Source of the DNA: Octopus vulgaris
Lineage: Eukaryota
Assembly (NCBI GenBank): GCA_951406725.2
Contig: OX597814.1
Span: 97,278,001 to 97,342,000 of the forward strand
DNA: 64,000 bases
Reading direction: 5' to 3'
Shown: piece after piece, positions 41,365 through 54,472 of the stretch
Numbering within the stretch: the first letter of the stretch is position 1
How the letters are laid out: the number at the start of each line of letters is the position of its first letter
Translations under genes and position numbers: made by a program
The notes under the pieces: model-generated
Database searches by the model: none
What the model was told of the DNA's origin: nothing
Seen by the model: only the letters and a program-made list of their open reading frames with translations

Positions 41365-41489
41365 TATATAGAAGGAGCTTCTACAGGACTAGAACTGTTT
41401 CATTCAAGAGAAATCTTCAGGAAGCTCCTGAAGATTTCTCTTGAATGAAACAGTTCTAGTCCTGTAGAAGCTCCTTCTATATAATAAAT
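41359..41489. repeat. Perfect hairpin with 64-bp arms and a 3-nt loop
   Basis: 41359-41422 is the exact reverse complement of 41426-41489; the loop is AGC. Confidence 0.95.
41374..41428 (-). ncRNA. Type I hammerhead ribozyme motif
   Basis: Minus strand GGAGCTTC-CTGAAGA-TTTC TCTT GAAT-GAAA-CAG TTCTAGTC CTG-TA-GAAGCTCC: perfect 8-bp stem I, intact CUGANGA and GAAA core, stem III ACAG/CTGT, GUA cleavage triplet. Stem II is weak and has no G10.1-C11.1 pair. Confidence 0.7.
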
Positions 41490-41553
41490 TAATTTTACTC
41501 TGCTATGTATTGAGTACCTTATTTACTGTGGTTAACCCCGAATCAACCCGGGA

Positions 41554-41605
<52 letters not shown>

Positions 41606-43364
41606 GGCGGTGCTCCAGCATGATCACAGCTCGTGAGCTGAAACTAGATAAAATATAAAATATAAATATATATATATATGTACTGAGAGAATGGGAGAGA
41701 GAGATAGAGAAAGAAAAAGAGAGAGATACATGCATATATGTATGTATATGTATATATATATATTGAGCATTCCTTTCTTATTCCTTCAATATTAAGATGT
41801 GTATATGTGTGTGTGTGTATAAGCATGCATATACGTATATATTTGTACACACTCAACCACACATACACATACGAATATGTTTGTCTGTTATACACATACC
41901 TTGACTTTAGACCTATACCTGGGAAGAGCAATGAAAATATCTCTGCTATACATATTTCAAACGAAAATGATCCCTTTGTTGTAAGTTACTTGGAATTTCT
42001 GCTGTTTCTACTTCCACAATTAATTATTGAATAAACAACTAACAAACTTGTTAGATGATAACCGCTGATATAACAAACGCCTCCATAAAATAACAATCAG
42101 TGGCTATGAAAAATAATAGTAGATTTTAGCAAGAACAAAATTCATGTCATCATGATATTATGTAATTAATTTAACAACTAGCTTGTTGCATGCAATGACA
42201 AATAACATTCCACAAACATTTATATAATGATGACAGGATGTGTCATCATCTTTGGCAAATACATATTGAAGACTGGACTTCTGAGAAACTTACAGCAAAT
42301 GCAATAAATGTATTTTATTTTGTAACAGGAGTAAATAAATAGGTACAAATATTTAAATAGATTTAATTTGAAAGAAAATAATCTTTTCAAGTTTTAGCAC
42401 AAGGACAGCAGTTTTAAGGGAGGGGCAAGTCAGTTACATTGACCTCAGTACTTGACTTGTATTTTATTTTATTGATCTTGGAAGGATGAATAGTATAGTT
42501 GACTTTAGCGGAATTTGAACTCAGAATATAAGGAGTTAGAAGAAATGCTGCTAAGTATTTTTTCTGATGCACTAATGATTCTGCTAGCTATAATTCCTAA
42601 AGTTGTTGGGTAATATCATAAGAACATAGAAACTTCCAGGGACATGAAGTAATGTGCTTTTGATGGTGGAACTTGAAGTAGGTGGGGTTCTTTAACCCAA
42701 AATTTACATGCTATTATTTATAGTTTTATCAATTTTGAGTTTCACTGTTAAAAGCAAGTTATACCTTAAACCAAAATAGGGGTATATAACAGAAGGCATC
42801 ATAATAAGGTTTATAGAAAATAAAAAACAACAAAAACCTTAAATGATCATTGCTGGTAATATATATATGGTGGCACACAAGAAAATCATCCGAACGTGGC
42901 CGTAGCCAGTACCGCATAGACTGGCCTCCGTGCTTTGGGGACGTAACAAACACCATCCGATCGTGGCCGTCCGCCAGCCTCATCTGGCACCTGTGTCGGT
43001 GGCACATAAAAACACCATCCGAGCGTGGCCGTCTGCCAGCCTCGTCTGGCACCTGTGTCGGTGGCACATAAAAACACCATCCGAGCGTGGCCGTTCGCCA
43101 GCCTCGTCTGGCACCTGTGTCGGTGGCACATAAAATCACCCACTACACTCTCGGAGTGGTTGGCGTTAGGAAGGGCATCCAGCTGTAGAAACACTGCCAG
43201 ATCTGACTGGCCTGGTGCAGCCTTCGGGCTCCCCAGACCCCAGTTGAACCGTCCAACCCATGCTAGCATGGAAAACGGACGCTAAATGATGATGATGATG
43301 ATGATGATATATTACCAGCAATGATCATTTATATATATATATTTATATATATATATATATATAT

Positions 43365-43714
43365 CAGTGAAGGCTCATGGCTCAGTGGTTAGAGCATCGA
43401 GCTGACGATCGTGAGGTTGTGAGCTCGAATCCCGGACCGGGCTGCGTGTTGTGTTCTTGAGCAAGGCACTTTATTTCACGTTGCTCCAGTTCACTCAGCT
43501 GTAGAAATGAGTTGCAACGTCACTGGTGCCAAGCTGTATCGACCTTTGTCTTTCCCTTGGATAACACTGGTGGCGTGGAGAGGGGAGGCTGGTATGCATG
43601 GGCGACTGCTGGTCTTCCATAAACAACCTTGCCCGGACTTGTGTCTAGGAGGGTAACTTTCTAGGTGCAATCCCATGGTCATTCATGACCAAAGGGGGTC
43701 TTTACCCTTTTTTT
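43365..43714 (+). mobile_element. tRNA-derived SINE, near-identical to 3502-3837
   Basis: A box TGGCTCAGTGG and B-box-like GCTCGAATCC; T-rich tail. It accounts for the twin antisense ORFs 3625-3810 and 43491-43682. Confidence 0.9.
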
Positions 43715-43725
43715 ATATATATATC

Positions 43726-43929
43726 CAGGGTGGCTCAAAAGTAGGTTTACAGTTATTCAACTATCTCTTTTGCATTCATATATTAACAGTTTAGATCTTA
43801 ATTATAAAATAATATGAAACCATTACTCTATGCTAATTTAGTTAACTGTAAGATAGGAATTTAGATGTAATAAAATGTTTTAAAAGAAATTTAAAGTGAT
43901 AACTGTAAACTTACTTTTAGGCCACCTTG
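43726..43929. mobile_element. Tc1/mariner-type MITE (about 204 bp)
   Basis: TIRs of about 30 bp, cagggtggctcaaaagtaggtttacagttat / ataactgtaaacttacttttaggccaccttg, with TA after the right end and an AT-rich interior. Confidence 0.85.
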
Positions 43930-43972
<43 letters not shown>

Positions 43973-45259
43973 TCTTTTACTTGTTTCCATCATTTGACAG
44001 CAGCTACGCTGAGGGTTGTTTATCAACCTTCTCACAGGTTAAAAGTGATAAACAACCCTTAGTTAAACACCCATTTATGCTATATTGCCTGAAGAAATGA
44101 AACCATGAAATTGATCTACTCTATGCCCCGAATACTATGGACTACACTGTAACCATCTCAGGAATATGAACTGTGATCTTAAGAGACATGTGATTTGTGG
44201 GAAAATGCATAGTGAGGCATTAAAATATCTATAAATTTCATTCAAGGATTATTGTTATTATTACTATATAATATATATATATATAAATATATAAAATGAG
44301 ACAAGAATGCAAAACATCCAGACAGTTAGGTGATACAAAAAAGGGACAGCAAAACATCCAGATAGATGATATAAAGAAAACAAGGATGGGTCATCCGGAG
44401 TTTTCTTTCCTCAGTCGAGTTCCAGATTATCTTTGCAATTTTTGCTGGTTATACTTGAGGGGCATCTGGCCATAGAAAATGTACCTCAATGAATTATGCT
44501 TGCATCATGCAAACATGGAAAAGTTATATGTTAAACTGATGATGATGATAATAATGATGATAATGACGATGACGACTATGATAGTAATGATGATAATGAC
44601 AATGACGATGATGAATATGATGATGATAATGATGATGATGATTTTATGCATTGATGGTAGCAGTATGATAAAAGAGAAGAATGAGCTGATAAGCATAGCA
44701 TTTTTTTTATACACTTAATAAAGATATACTTTGTTTAGTCTGCTGATATGATTAATATCCAAACCTTTTATAGATATTCATAATTTGTTGGGTTTCCAGG
44801 TGCACTAAATCCTTATATAAGCACAAAGAACCCAGAACTGGTAGAAAATAAAACAAAACTGCAACAAAACTATTAATTTAGTCCTTTAATCTCTTATTAT
44901 AAAAGGCAGATTTTATCTGCCTCCCTTTGTCAGTTATAGAAATCTACAATATAGGATTTCTTCAATTACAATTTACTTAGCATTTTTAAGAGTAGAATGC
45001 ATCGGGTTTTGCCAGGTCCACTTTTTAAAATTTAAACTCCAATTAAGCAAAATTTACAGAAAACTCACATTCTGGTGTGTATGTCAAATGCTTTTCTTAA
45101 TGTGGTTTACACCACACGCACACGCACACACACAGTGTGCAACGAATAAAATGAAAGTAATTCACCTTTTGTAGTGAGTGACTCTTTCAGTCTGCCACTT
45201 CCTCTTTACACACATAGACACGCAAATATATAAATAAAATTGTAAGCTAACGTGCGTGT

Positions 45260-45290
<31 letters not shown>

Positions 45291-45311
45291 AGGGTGCGTG
45301 TGTGTGTGAGG

Positions 45312-45347
<36 letters not shown>

Positions 45348-45863
45348 GCGTGAGTGTGTGACAGGAAAGTTTTTTAGGACGAATATAAGACCTATATCGG
45401 CGATGTTTCGCTTGTCGTAGCACAGGTTTCCGTTGATTTCCGTAAAAAACTTTTATTTTTTTACATAAGTAATGAGAGCGAAAGAGACTAAGAGAAAGCG
45501 ATTGTATGACGAGGGAAGTTCTTTTGAAGTTACCGTGCATGGGACGCATTGATGTACATGTGTGTGTGTGTGTGTGTTTGATGGAATGTGGGAGACAGAC
45601 AGTATGTTGTGTAAGTGAAGTGCTTCTGTTAGTGTGTGTGAAGAGACAGAGAGAGTAATGTGTGAAAGAGAGAGATAACTGAAATTTTTTACTCGGTTTA
45701 TGTGTATATGTATGTATGCATGTATGTGTGTGTGTGTGTATGTGTGTGTGTATGTATGTATGTATGTATGTATGGCCGATTCAGTGTTTACATTTTTTAC
45801 GGAAATCGACGGAAACGTGTGCTACGACAAGCGAAACATCGCCCCTATATCCAAGTAGCAGAA

Positions 45864-46332
45864 AGATCGCCCAAAAGTGTATATAGATATTTAAATGTAT
45901 TTATATATTCATCTATACACAGATGTATGTATAATGTGTGTGTATATATTTCCATACACGTAACCATTCACTCCGCACAAAGTTTTTTAGGACGAAAATA
46001 AGATCTAAAGTTATCTCTAAGTATCACAGAGATCGCCCAAAAGTGTATATAGATATATAAATGTATTTATATATTCATCTATGCACACATGTATGTATAA
46101 CGTGTGTGTATATATTTCCATAGAGGTAACCATTCACTCCATACAAAGTTTTTTAGCACGAAAATAAGATCTAAAGTTATCTCTAAGAAACAGAAAGATC
46201 GCCCAAAAGTGTATATAGATATTTAAATGTATTTATATATTCATCTATACACACATGTATGTATAATGTGCGTGTATATATTTCCATAGAGGTAACCATT
46301 CAATCCATACAAAGTTTTTTAGGACGAAAATA
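45864..46332. repeat. 166-bp tandem repeat, about 2.8 units, inside the Helitron
   Basis: agatcgcccaaaagtgtatatagata starts at 45864, 46030 and 46196. Confidence 0.95.
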
Positions 46333-46549
46333 TTTATATATAAAAGAAAGGTTGTGTGTCTGTCTACTCCGATTTAGATTCCTAACTACTCCCACATTTT
46401 GCGATGCAGTTTAACCAAAACCGGGTATCTTATAGTCGTGATTCATATCGAGCCCTTCTGGGTATTAGCGCACGTCTACGATGAGTCTATGATTTTACAA
46501 ATAATTTACCATCATTTTTTTCCATTTTAATGCATATTTTTAAAAATAA

Positions 46550-47101
46550 ATGGAAGTAACTCTCAAACTTCACACCAATATGCGTGCTCATATGCGACGT
46601 AATATCACATCAGCAGCATTTCCTCACACCCTCCTTGCACTTGGTGAAGGCAAAATACCAGGGGATGAAAATGGTAATATTGCCATCGATTCCATTTGTA
46701 CCATTGTTAAGACGCCTTCTGATCTCAGAGATGCAGTGTTCCCAGATCTACAAGCTAATTATCAGAATATGGATTGGATTGGCAAAAAGGCTATACTGGC
46801 CCCGAGGAATAAAACTGTTCACCATATTAATGATGAAATGCTAAAACTCATTCCTGGGGAAGTCTATGTATATCAGTCTATCGATACAACTCCTGACCCA
46901 GAGGACGTCATCAACTATCCAATAGAGGTACTCAATTCCTTTGAGCACCCCGGACTACCACCACACTTTCTCAAACTTAAAGTTGGTGCCCCTATAATGC
47001 TCATCAGAAATTTGGTTCCCCCAAAACAATGCAATGGCACATGTTTGATCGTTAAGTCCTTATCTCCCACCGTAAGCTTATATCAATATTTGCCTGAATA
47101 A
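46550..47101 (+). pseudogene. Helitron PIF1-family helicase fragment (183-aa open frame)
   Basis: Reads LKLHTNMR..LLALGEGK..KAILAPRNKTV..IN..YQSID..YPIEVLNS..PGLPPHFLKLKVGAPIMLIRNL..CNGTCLIV. Truncated at both ends, lacking Walker A/B and motif VI. Confidence 0.92.
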
Positions 47102-47996
47102 TCATCATAATTCAGTGCAATCATTAACAGTACTTTCAAGCAATTCAGCCCCGAGCAACGCCGGGCAATTCTGCTAGTTATTTATAAAAAAGAATTTACC
47201 ATTCTGGTAGTGTTGGGTCAGAAGGAACTGTAAAGGGAATACTCCTTTTTGCCATGTTATTGTACTTTGAACAATCTAATCATGTCCAACATATGGATGA
47301 GGAAAAAAGAATTATAAGGATGCAAACTCTATTTTGTTGTCATATTGGTTTCAAATATTGGCACAAGGTTTGCAATTTTGGGGAGTGAGTAAGTCAATTA
47401 CAACAACTGTGTTCAACTGGTACTTATTTTATCAACTCTGAAAGGATGAAAGGCAAAGCGGACCTCAGCAGAACTTGAACTCAGAATGTAAAGATGGATA
47501 AAATGTCACTAAGTATTTTACCCAGCATGCTAACGATTTTGACAGCTTACTTTTTTTGTTGTCATATTGATAAAGAGAAGGAGGAAGTAAAATCTTGTTA
47601 ATATTTGGAGTGGATGAAGGCAGTGAGCTGGCAGAATCGTTTGTAAGCCAGGCAAAGTACTTAGCAGAATTTGAACTCAGAATGTGAAGATGGATGAAAT
47701 GCCACTGAGGTTGACTTTACTGCTCATCCTTTCAGGTTTAATAAAATGAGTACCAGTTAAGCACAGGAGTCAATGTAATCAACCCAGAAATTGTTGGCCT
47801 CATGCCAAATTTCAAAACTAATGTTTGGGGTGAAAGAACTTGTATTTGTCAGTTTGAGAACCATTGATATAGAGGATGGGTCAAATCATAAGTTTGAGTG
47901 AAATATGTAATGAGTTCCAGCTCAACATTTAAGCTTTCATAATTTGTATAATAAAAATCTATTTTCCAACCTCTCTCTCTAGAAAGAGAGAGGCAG

Positions 47997-48030
<34 letters not shown>

Positions 48031-49014
48031 TCTTTATAATGAACAAAAGCAGTAGTTTTCTCTACTTTTTTTTATTTGTTATACAGATAACGACTTTGCT
48101 TCTGTTGACCTTTTCACCAGTCACTGATTAATATCTTGTTTTGCGTTAACAGTGATGTAAATATTTCATTTTTACTTTTATTTTTAGTGGGATTGACATT
48201 AAATAGAACTAGTCAAAGTAATTATTAAGCTGTTTCTCTATCCACTTCTGTCAAAAGATAGACAGTTGTTCAAAATGGTGATCTAAAAATCATTAAAATT
48301 TTTAAATTGTAGTTTCCATTTTATATGTTAACAAAATCTACAACAAAATGAATTACTACATCACTGACTTTTTTGATAGCATCTCAGCTCTCTAACAACA
48401 ATATAATTTACATGCTTTATAACTCACCCTTTTGTCCCTCGTCCTTTACATCACACTTCCCTATCACTCATTTATACATTGCTCATACCATAGTCTTTCA
48501 TATCTTTTTTCCCAATCCTTTTACCTCTCTTGCTTTTCATGCCCCTATTGTTCATCTCTCAGTCGCTTTCTCTTCATCTCAATCTTTCTATACTACGAGG
48601 TAACCAAAGATGGTAGTGGATCTCTCTTCAGTTCATCATACCTATGCTTTTTGTCGCTCATCTTCTGTTCAACATACATAGCCTATTGCTCACCACTCCT
48701 TCTTCTCAATTTCACTGTATTTACTCTTGGTGTGACAAGGATGGTAGTGTATCTCTTGTGCTTATTACATGTTGCACTCTCTCACCCATCTCTTTATTGT
48801 TCATCTGTTATTCTCTATACACCATAGTCTTTCACCTAATAGTTAAGGAGCTTGAACTGCATTCATCAGACCACAGGGATTGCTCTGAAATGACTTGGCA
48901 TTTTATCACCTGTTGCCTAAAACAAGAATTTTCTCCATAACAAACCCCAGTGAAAATGGCCCTTTTACTAGTGAATATAACCTAATAATATTTGAACTGA
49001 TCTATAAGTTTGTG

Positions 49015-49068
<54 letters not shown>

Positions 49069-49120
49069 TATGTATGTATGTATGTATATATATGTATATT
49101 TATATGTATGTATATGTGTA

Positions 49121-49166
<46 letters not shown>

Positions 49167-49179
49167 AATATATTCATAA

Positions 49180-50180
49180 CTTATAAACAAGGGCAAAAGA
49201 AAAATTTATTTCTAAGCCAATAAACTGATAACAGACTTTAAATTGTCAATTTCCACATTTCAATATACATTCACTATAAATGCACGTTGTGCTGAAATTG
49301 AGGAAAGCTAGCCAACAGAATTTTTTTAAAAGTTTGTTATTTCTATATTGAATAAATTTCGGGATTAATCCTATGGATTCTTCCCTCTTCAGTAGAAAAT
49401 ACGATAGGAAATAAATGAAATACCTATATGCACCCATGGAAAAAGCACAAGCAAGAGTCCCTAAGTGAATGGTAATAGATCTACTACTAATATAGGATAA
49501 AAATTTTTTCAGAAAAAAATTTCATCAAAAGTGGCAGCATATTAAAATACCTTTAAGGGTTAAAATTATAAACAATTTATAAACAAGGGCAAAAGAAAAA
49601 TTTATTTCTATGCCAATATGCTGATAACAGACTTTAAATCGTCAATTTCCACATTTCATTATACATTCACCATAAATACACATGCTGAAATCGAGGAAAG
49701 CTAGCCAACAGAATTTTCACTTAGGGACTGGTAACCACTATAAGTTGTGATTCAGAATAGTTCACACGTGTACTGAGGCTGGCTAAAAGATTTTACATTT
49801 AGATATAACTGGGGTACTTATGTATACTCATGACTCTTGCTTGTGCTTTTTTCCATGGGTGCGTATAGGTATTTCATTTATTTCCTATCGTATTTTCTAC
49901 TGAAGAGGGAAGAATCCATAGGATTAATCCCGAAATTGATTCAATATAGAAATAACGAACTTTTAAAAAAATTGTGTTGGCTAGCTTTCCTCGATTTCAG
50001 TACAACATGTATTTATAATGAATGTATAATGAAATGTGGAAATTGACGATTTAAAGTCTGTTATCAGCATATTGGCATAGAAATAAAATTTTCTTTTGCC
50101 CTTGTTTATAAGTTGTTTATAATTTTAACCTTTAAAGGTATTTTAATATGCTGACACTTTTGATGAAATTTTTTTCTGAA
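49180..50180. repeat. Foldback complex: two partial direct copies and one inverted copy of a unit of about 350 bp
   Basis: 49184-49459 and 49510-49716 are both reverse-complementary to parts of 49832-50180. The ORFs 49246-49437 (minus) and 49837-50046 (plus) give near-identical peptides. Confidence 0.9.
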
Positions 50181-50183
50181 TAG

Positions 50184-50214
<31 letters not shown>

Positions 50215-51708
50215 GTGTGACAGTTTTCCATACAGATTACATCTATGAAATTCATTCACAAGGCATTGGTCAATGCTGAGGACTGTTGTAAAAGACACTT
50301 GCCCAAGATGTCTCACAGTGGGATTAAATCCCAAACCATTTGGTGCAAAGTAAATTTCTTAATGACACAGCCATGCTCATACCTAAAAAGATTCAACATT
50401 TATAATCTGCTCATTGTGCTTCTTATCCTAAGCATTTTGTGTTGTAAGTACAAATGAAAATAGACAATCCTACCACATGCAACCTGTACAGACATATGTT
50501 TAGATTTTTTTTATTGCCTTCATATCTGATTTACTATGTAAGGTCTTTAATATATTTTTGCATGTAAGTTATATGAATAGAAAGAATTAAAAGAAAAGTC
50601 ATTTTGTAAAATGCAGTTTTAGTTTCTCCTGATGGATGAAAACAAAGTTTCAGGATTTAAATACGCATACATATTCACACACAAACACTGGCAAGTATTT
50701 GTGCATGCATACATACATACATACATACATACATACATACATACATACATACATACATACATAAATGCATACATAAACACATACATATAAAAACATATGC
50801 ATGCATGCATACATACATACATACATACATACATAGAGAATGTCTAGATATGCAACTATATGCATGAAAATACATACATAAAACAAAGCATACAGATCTG
50901 CACATATACATACATACAAAAATACCCTGTTGTCGTTGAAATTTCAGTGAAGGAGCCTTGGATCTAGGTTAGAAACTGGCTCTTTCTCTATTGGCAAGAT
51001 ATCTTGAAATAAAACTGAATAATGAGTGAATGACATACGTACATACATGCATTCATACATACATACATACATACATACATACATACATACATACTTATGT
51101 ACATACATACATACATACATACATACTTATGTACATACATACATACATACATACATACTTATGTACATACATACATATATACATACATACATGCATACAT
51201 ACACAAATGCAAACACACACACATACATACATACATACATAAATACATACATACATACATACATACATCATTGCAATATCTGGAACAACAAAAATCTGCA
51301 AGATTTAAAGGATGATGAACAAAACAAGCTGCTTTCATTCAGACCCTTGCTGCCAACAAGAAGGATGATCAAAAGTTATTCTAAAAAAAAAAAAAATGAA
51401 GAGAAGAACATACCATACATATATAAAATAAAATGAATCTTTATCACAACTTCCAACAATGAATCTTCAGCTTTTTGATCAACTTGAACTACCAGGTTCC
51501 TTTAATTAGCATGCAAGTGGCTGAATATTCCAGAGCTATGTCTACTTTCAATATAATTCTCAAGTGGGATCAGCATGACAGTGTGACAAAGTAGAACTTT
51601 TGACTTAGAGGTACAATTCATCTGCCAGGATCCTAAAGATTTTTTAGGTACCTATATCAACTCACAAGTCTTATTATATAAGGCCTTCAAATTATTTTTA
51701 TACATACA

Positions 51709-52175
51709 CTAGCTATTTTGACCCATGCTTCGCTTGGGTTTTGGTGGTGGTGTTGTTTTGTGCATGTTGTCTCCTTTTCCCTTTCTTCTTTTGTTCGTCT
51801 TCTTTGCCTGGTTCTTTCTATTGCCGTCTTCTTTACCCCACTTTCCCAAATCCCCCAAATTTTTACACCCATAATTAAAGATAACTGCCTCTAGCCTCTG
51901 CAGCAGCACGAAAAGCCACCATTATTCAAACAGCGCAACCTGTCCATCCCATAAAACTCAATTTTTCCCACATTCCTCACCATAGCAATCAAACGGTAGC
52001 CCTGAGCGACTTGCAACCCTCCTCACACCATTGTCCACCCCATTTTACCCTCCAGTGTAAATTTTGGCACCAATCCGACCCCATCTAGCGGCCCTTAAAC
52101 CATTCCCATTCCAAAATGAGACAAATAATCAAGACATCAAACAACTTTTTTGCATTTCAGCTTTATAGATATTGA
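51709..52175 (-). mobile_element. Short non-autonomous Helitron
   Basis: The minus strand begins A|TCAATATCTATAAAGCTG and ends with the hairpin ACCCAAGCGAAGCATGGGT and CTAG|T. Confidence 0.75.
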
Positions 52176-52378
52176 TGAGGCTATAAGAAATGCCTTAGAT
52201 ACGGAAGCAAACTTCTTAGCCATTCAACCATATTGTTCCAACATATTAATATATACTAAAATGATATGTATGTAGGTATGTATGTCTTTCTCTCTCTCTC
52301 AATCTCTTTCCTGCTCTCTCTGTCTATCTATCGAAACACACACACACACATGCACACGCATGCACGTACACACACACA

Positions 52379-52437
<59 letters not shown>

Positions 52438-52725
52438 CTCAGTCTCACTTGTTGTAAGGGAGCTTGTCTTCTTTGTCAATCATTAGATAAGTGCCTCCCC
52501 ATGGCTAAGAGTTTTTTCTGATTCTTATTTCTAGCAATGCTGGTGCTGACTACCATCATTAGTCACCTGAGTGATGCCTGTACAGGTGCCTTTTGGTAGT
52601 AAATTGCAAATTAGCCACCTTAATAATTTTTATACACGCATGCACGCACATACACACACATTATATATATATGTATATATATGTATATATATGTGTGTGT
52701 GTGTGTGTGTGCGCGTGTGTATATG

Positions 52726-52781
<56 letters not shown>

Positions 52782-52995
52782 TTTTCCATACACATAATCA
52801 GACTAATAACCTGGTGTAGAACTCAATATACATATGACTGAAAACACATTTGATGAGTATAGAGTAGTAATAGGAACAGAGAGATGACATTGGAAAAAAA
52901 AACAAAGGTTATGTAATGAACTTCATTTGCTTATATATATATATGCATATATATTTAAATCTGTGTGTGTCTCACTCTCACTATATGTGTGTGGG

Positions 52996-53029
<34 letters not shown>

Positions 53030-53185
53030 GGCAGATATGTGTATATATGTGTGATGTGTGTGTGTTTGCGTGCATGCATGCATATGTGTGTGTGTATTAT
53101 GTATAACGTAAGTCAGATGGGTGACAAGTTATAGAAGCTTTGGTGTCAGTGACATACATGCATACCTACATACACACACACTCAG

Positions 53186-53216
<31 letters not shown>

Positions 53217-54034
53217 ACCCCCTTCCCTCAGAAATTATTGCATTGTAATTCTCCAATAGCTTCAACTTTGTATACTTTAAAACCTGTATGCATTCACACA
53301 TACACAATGACAACTGCTACAAACACTTAATTCATATACATTTACAAGAAAGAGCAATATCATTCATAATTACATAACAAATACAATATAAGACAGAAAA
53401 TTTAGCAAAAATGTCTTATATTCAAATTTAAGTTTTGCAATTAAAAAGTAATTCAAGTATTCAGTATTTTCAGTAACAGATAAGAGGTGGGGATAAAATA
53501 CTTGAATGGGTTATATTTTTTTTTTAATTAACTCTTAATAATATATTGTAATATTTTGATTAGATATTAAGTTTTCTATCAAATTGCTCATAAAGAAATA
53601 GAGAGAGAGAGAGAGAAATCACTTTTAAAAGTACTGTGAAGGTGTATACAAATTTCGACTTCTCTAAGAATGGTTAATTATATAAGAACTTACCTAAATC
53701 CACAGCTTAAATTTTGATAAAAATATATTTAAAAAACTTTAATAAAAGTATATATTCCTTTTGGGAGTGAGCGAACAAGAAGTAACTGTACTAACTAAGG
53801 AGTTGGAAAGATAAGTTCCTTCAACAGGTAAGATAAGAAGTGGCTATTGAACTGAATGTCTGACAGAAGGATGCCAGTAAGATTAAATTAAGAAAAAAAA
53901 AAAAAAAAAATCAGCTGTAGGCACTACTTAGAAGGTTCCCACACTTGACATACAGAACACCTCTGTATATTAATACCTATATACATATATTCATACATAT
54001 GTACATACACACGTACATACATATATACATACAT

Positions 54035-54245
<211 letters not shown>

Positions 54246-54314
54246 GTATGTGTATATAAATATATGTATGTATATAAATATAAGTATATATATATATATG
54301 TATTTATATATATG

Positions 54315-54352
<38 letters not shown>

Positions 54353-54417
54353 TTTAAAAATGTTTATATATATATATATATATATATGCATTTAAAAATG
54401 TATATATATATATATAT

Positions 54418-54472
<55 letters not shown>

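Larger units (their letters stand above)
44890..47177 (+). mobile_element. Non-autonomous, probably composite Helitron with a PIF1-helicase fragment
   Basis: 5' end A|TCTCTTATTATAAAAG. 3' hairpin GCCCCGAGCAACGCCGGGC followed by CTAG|T. Internal tandem repeats and a helicase remnant. Confidence 0.88.

Noticed and set aside
41900-41918. 19-nt candidate microexon on the minus strand (ctcttcccag|GTATAGGTCTAAAGTCAAG|gtatgt) upstream of the tail exon
   Set aside because: The splice signals are good, but I see no SLC6 similarity and such matches arise by chance; it needs RNA evidence.
45864-46332. Regular repeats (also 42890-43140) considered as a CRISPR-like array
   Set aside because: The units are contiguous tandem copies without unique spacers, the context is eukaryotic and there are no cas genes.
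50930-51025. Short repeat (also at about 9300-9395) containing TGA...GAAAC words
   Set aside because: It has no CUGANGA core or convincing stems, so I do not call it a ribozyme.
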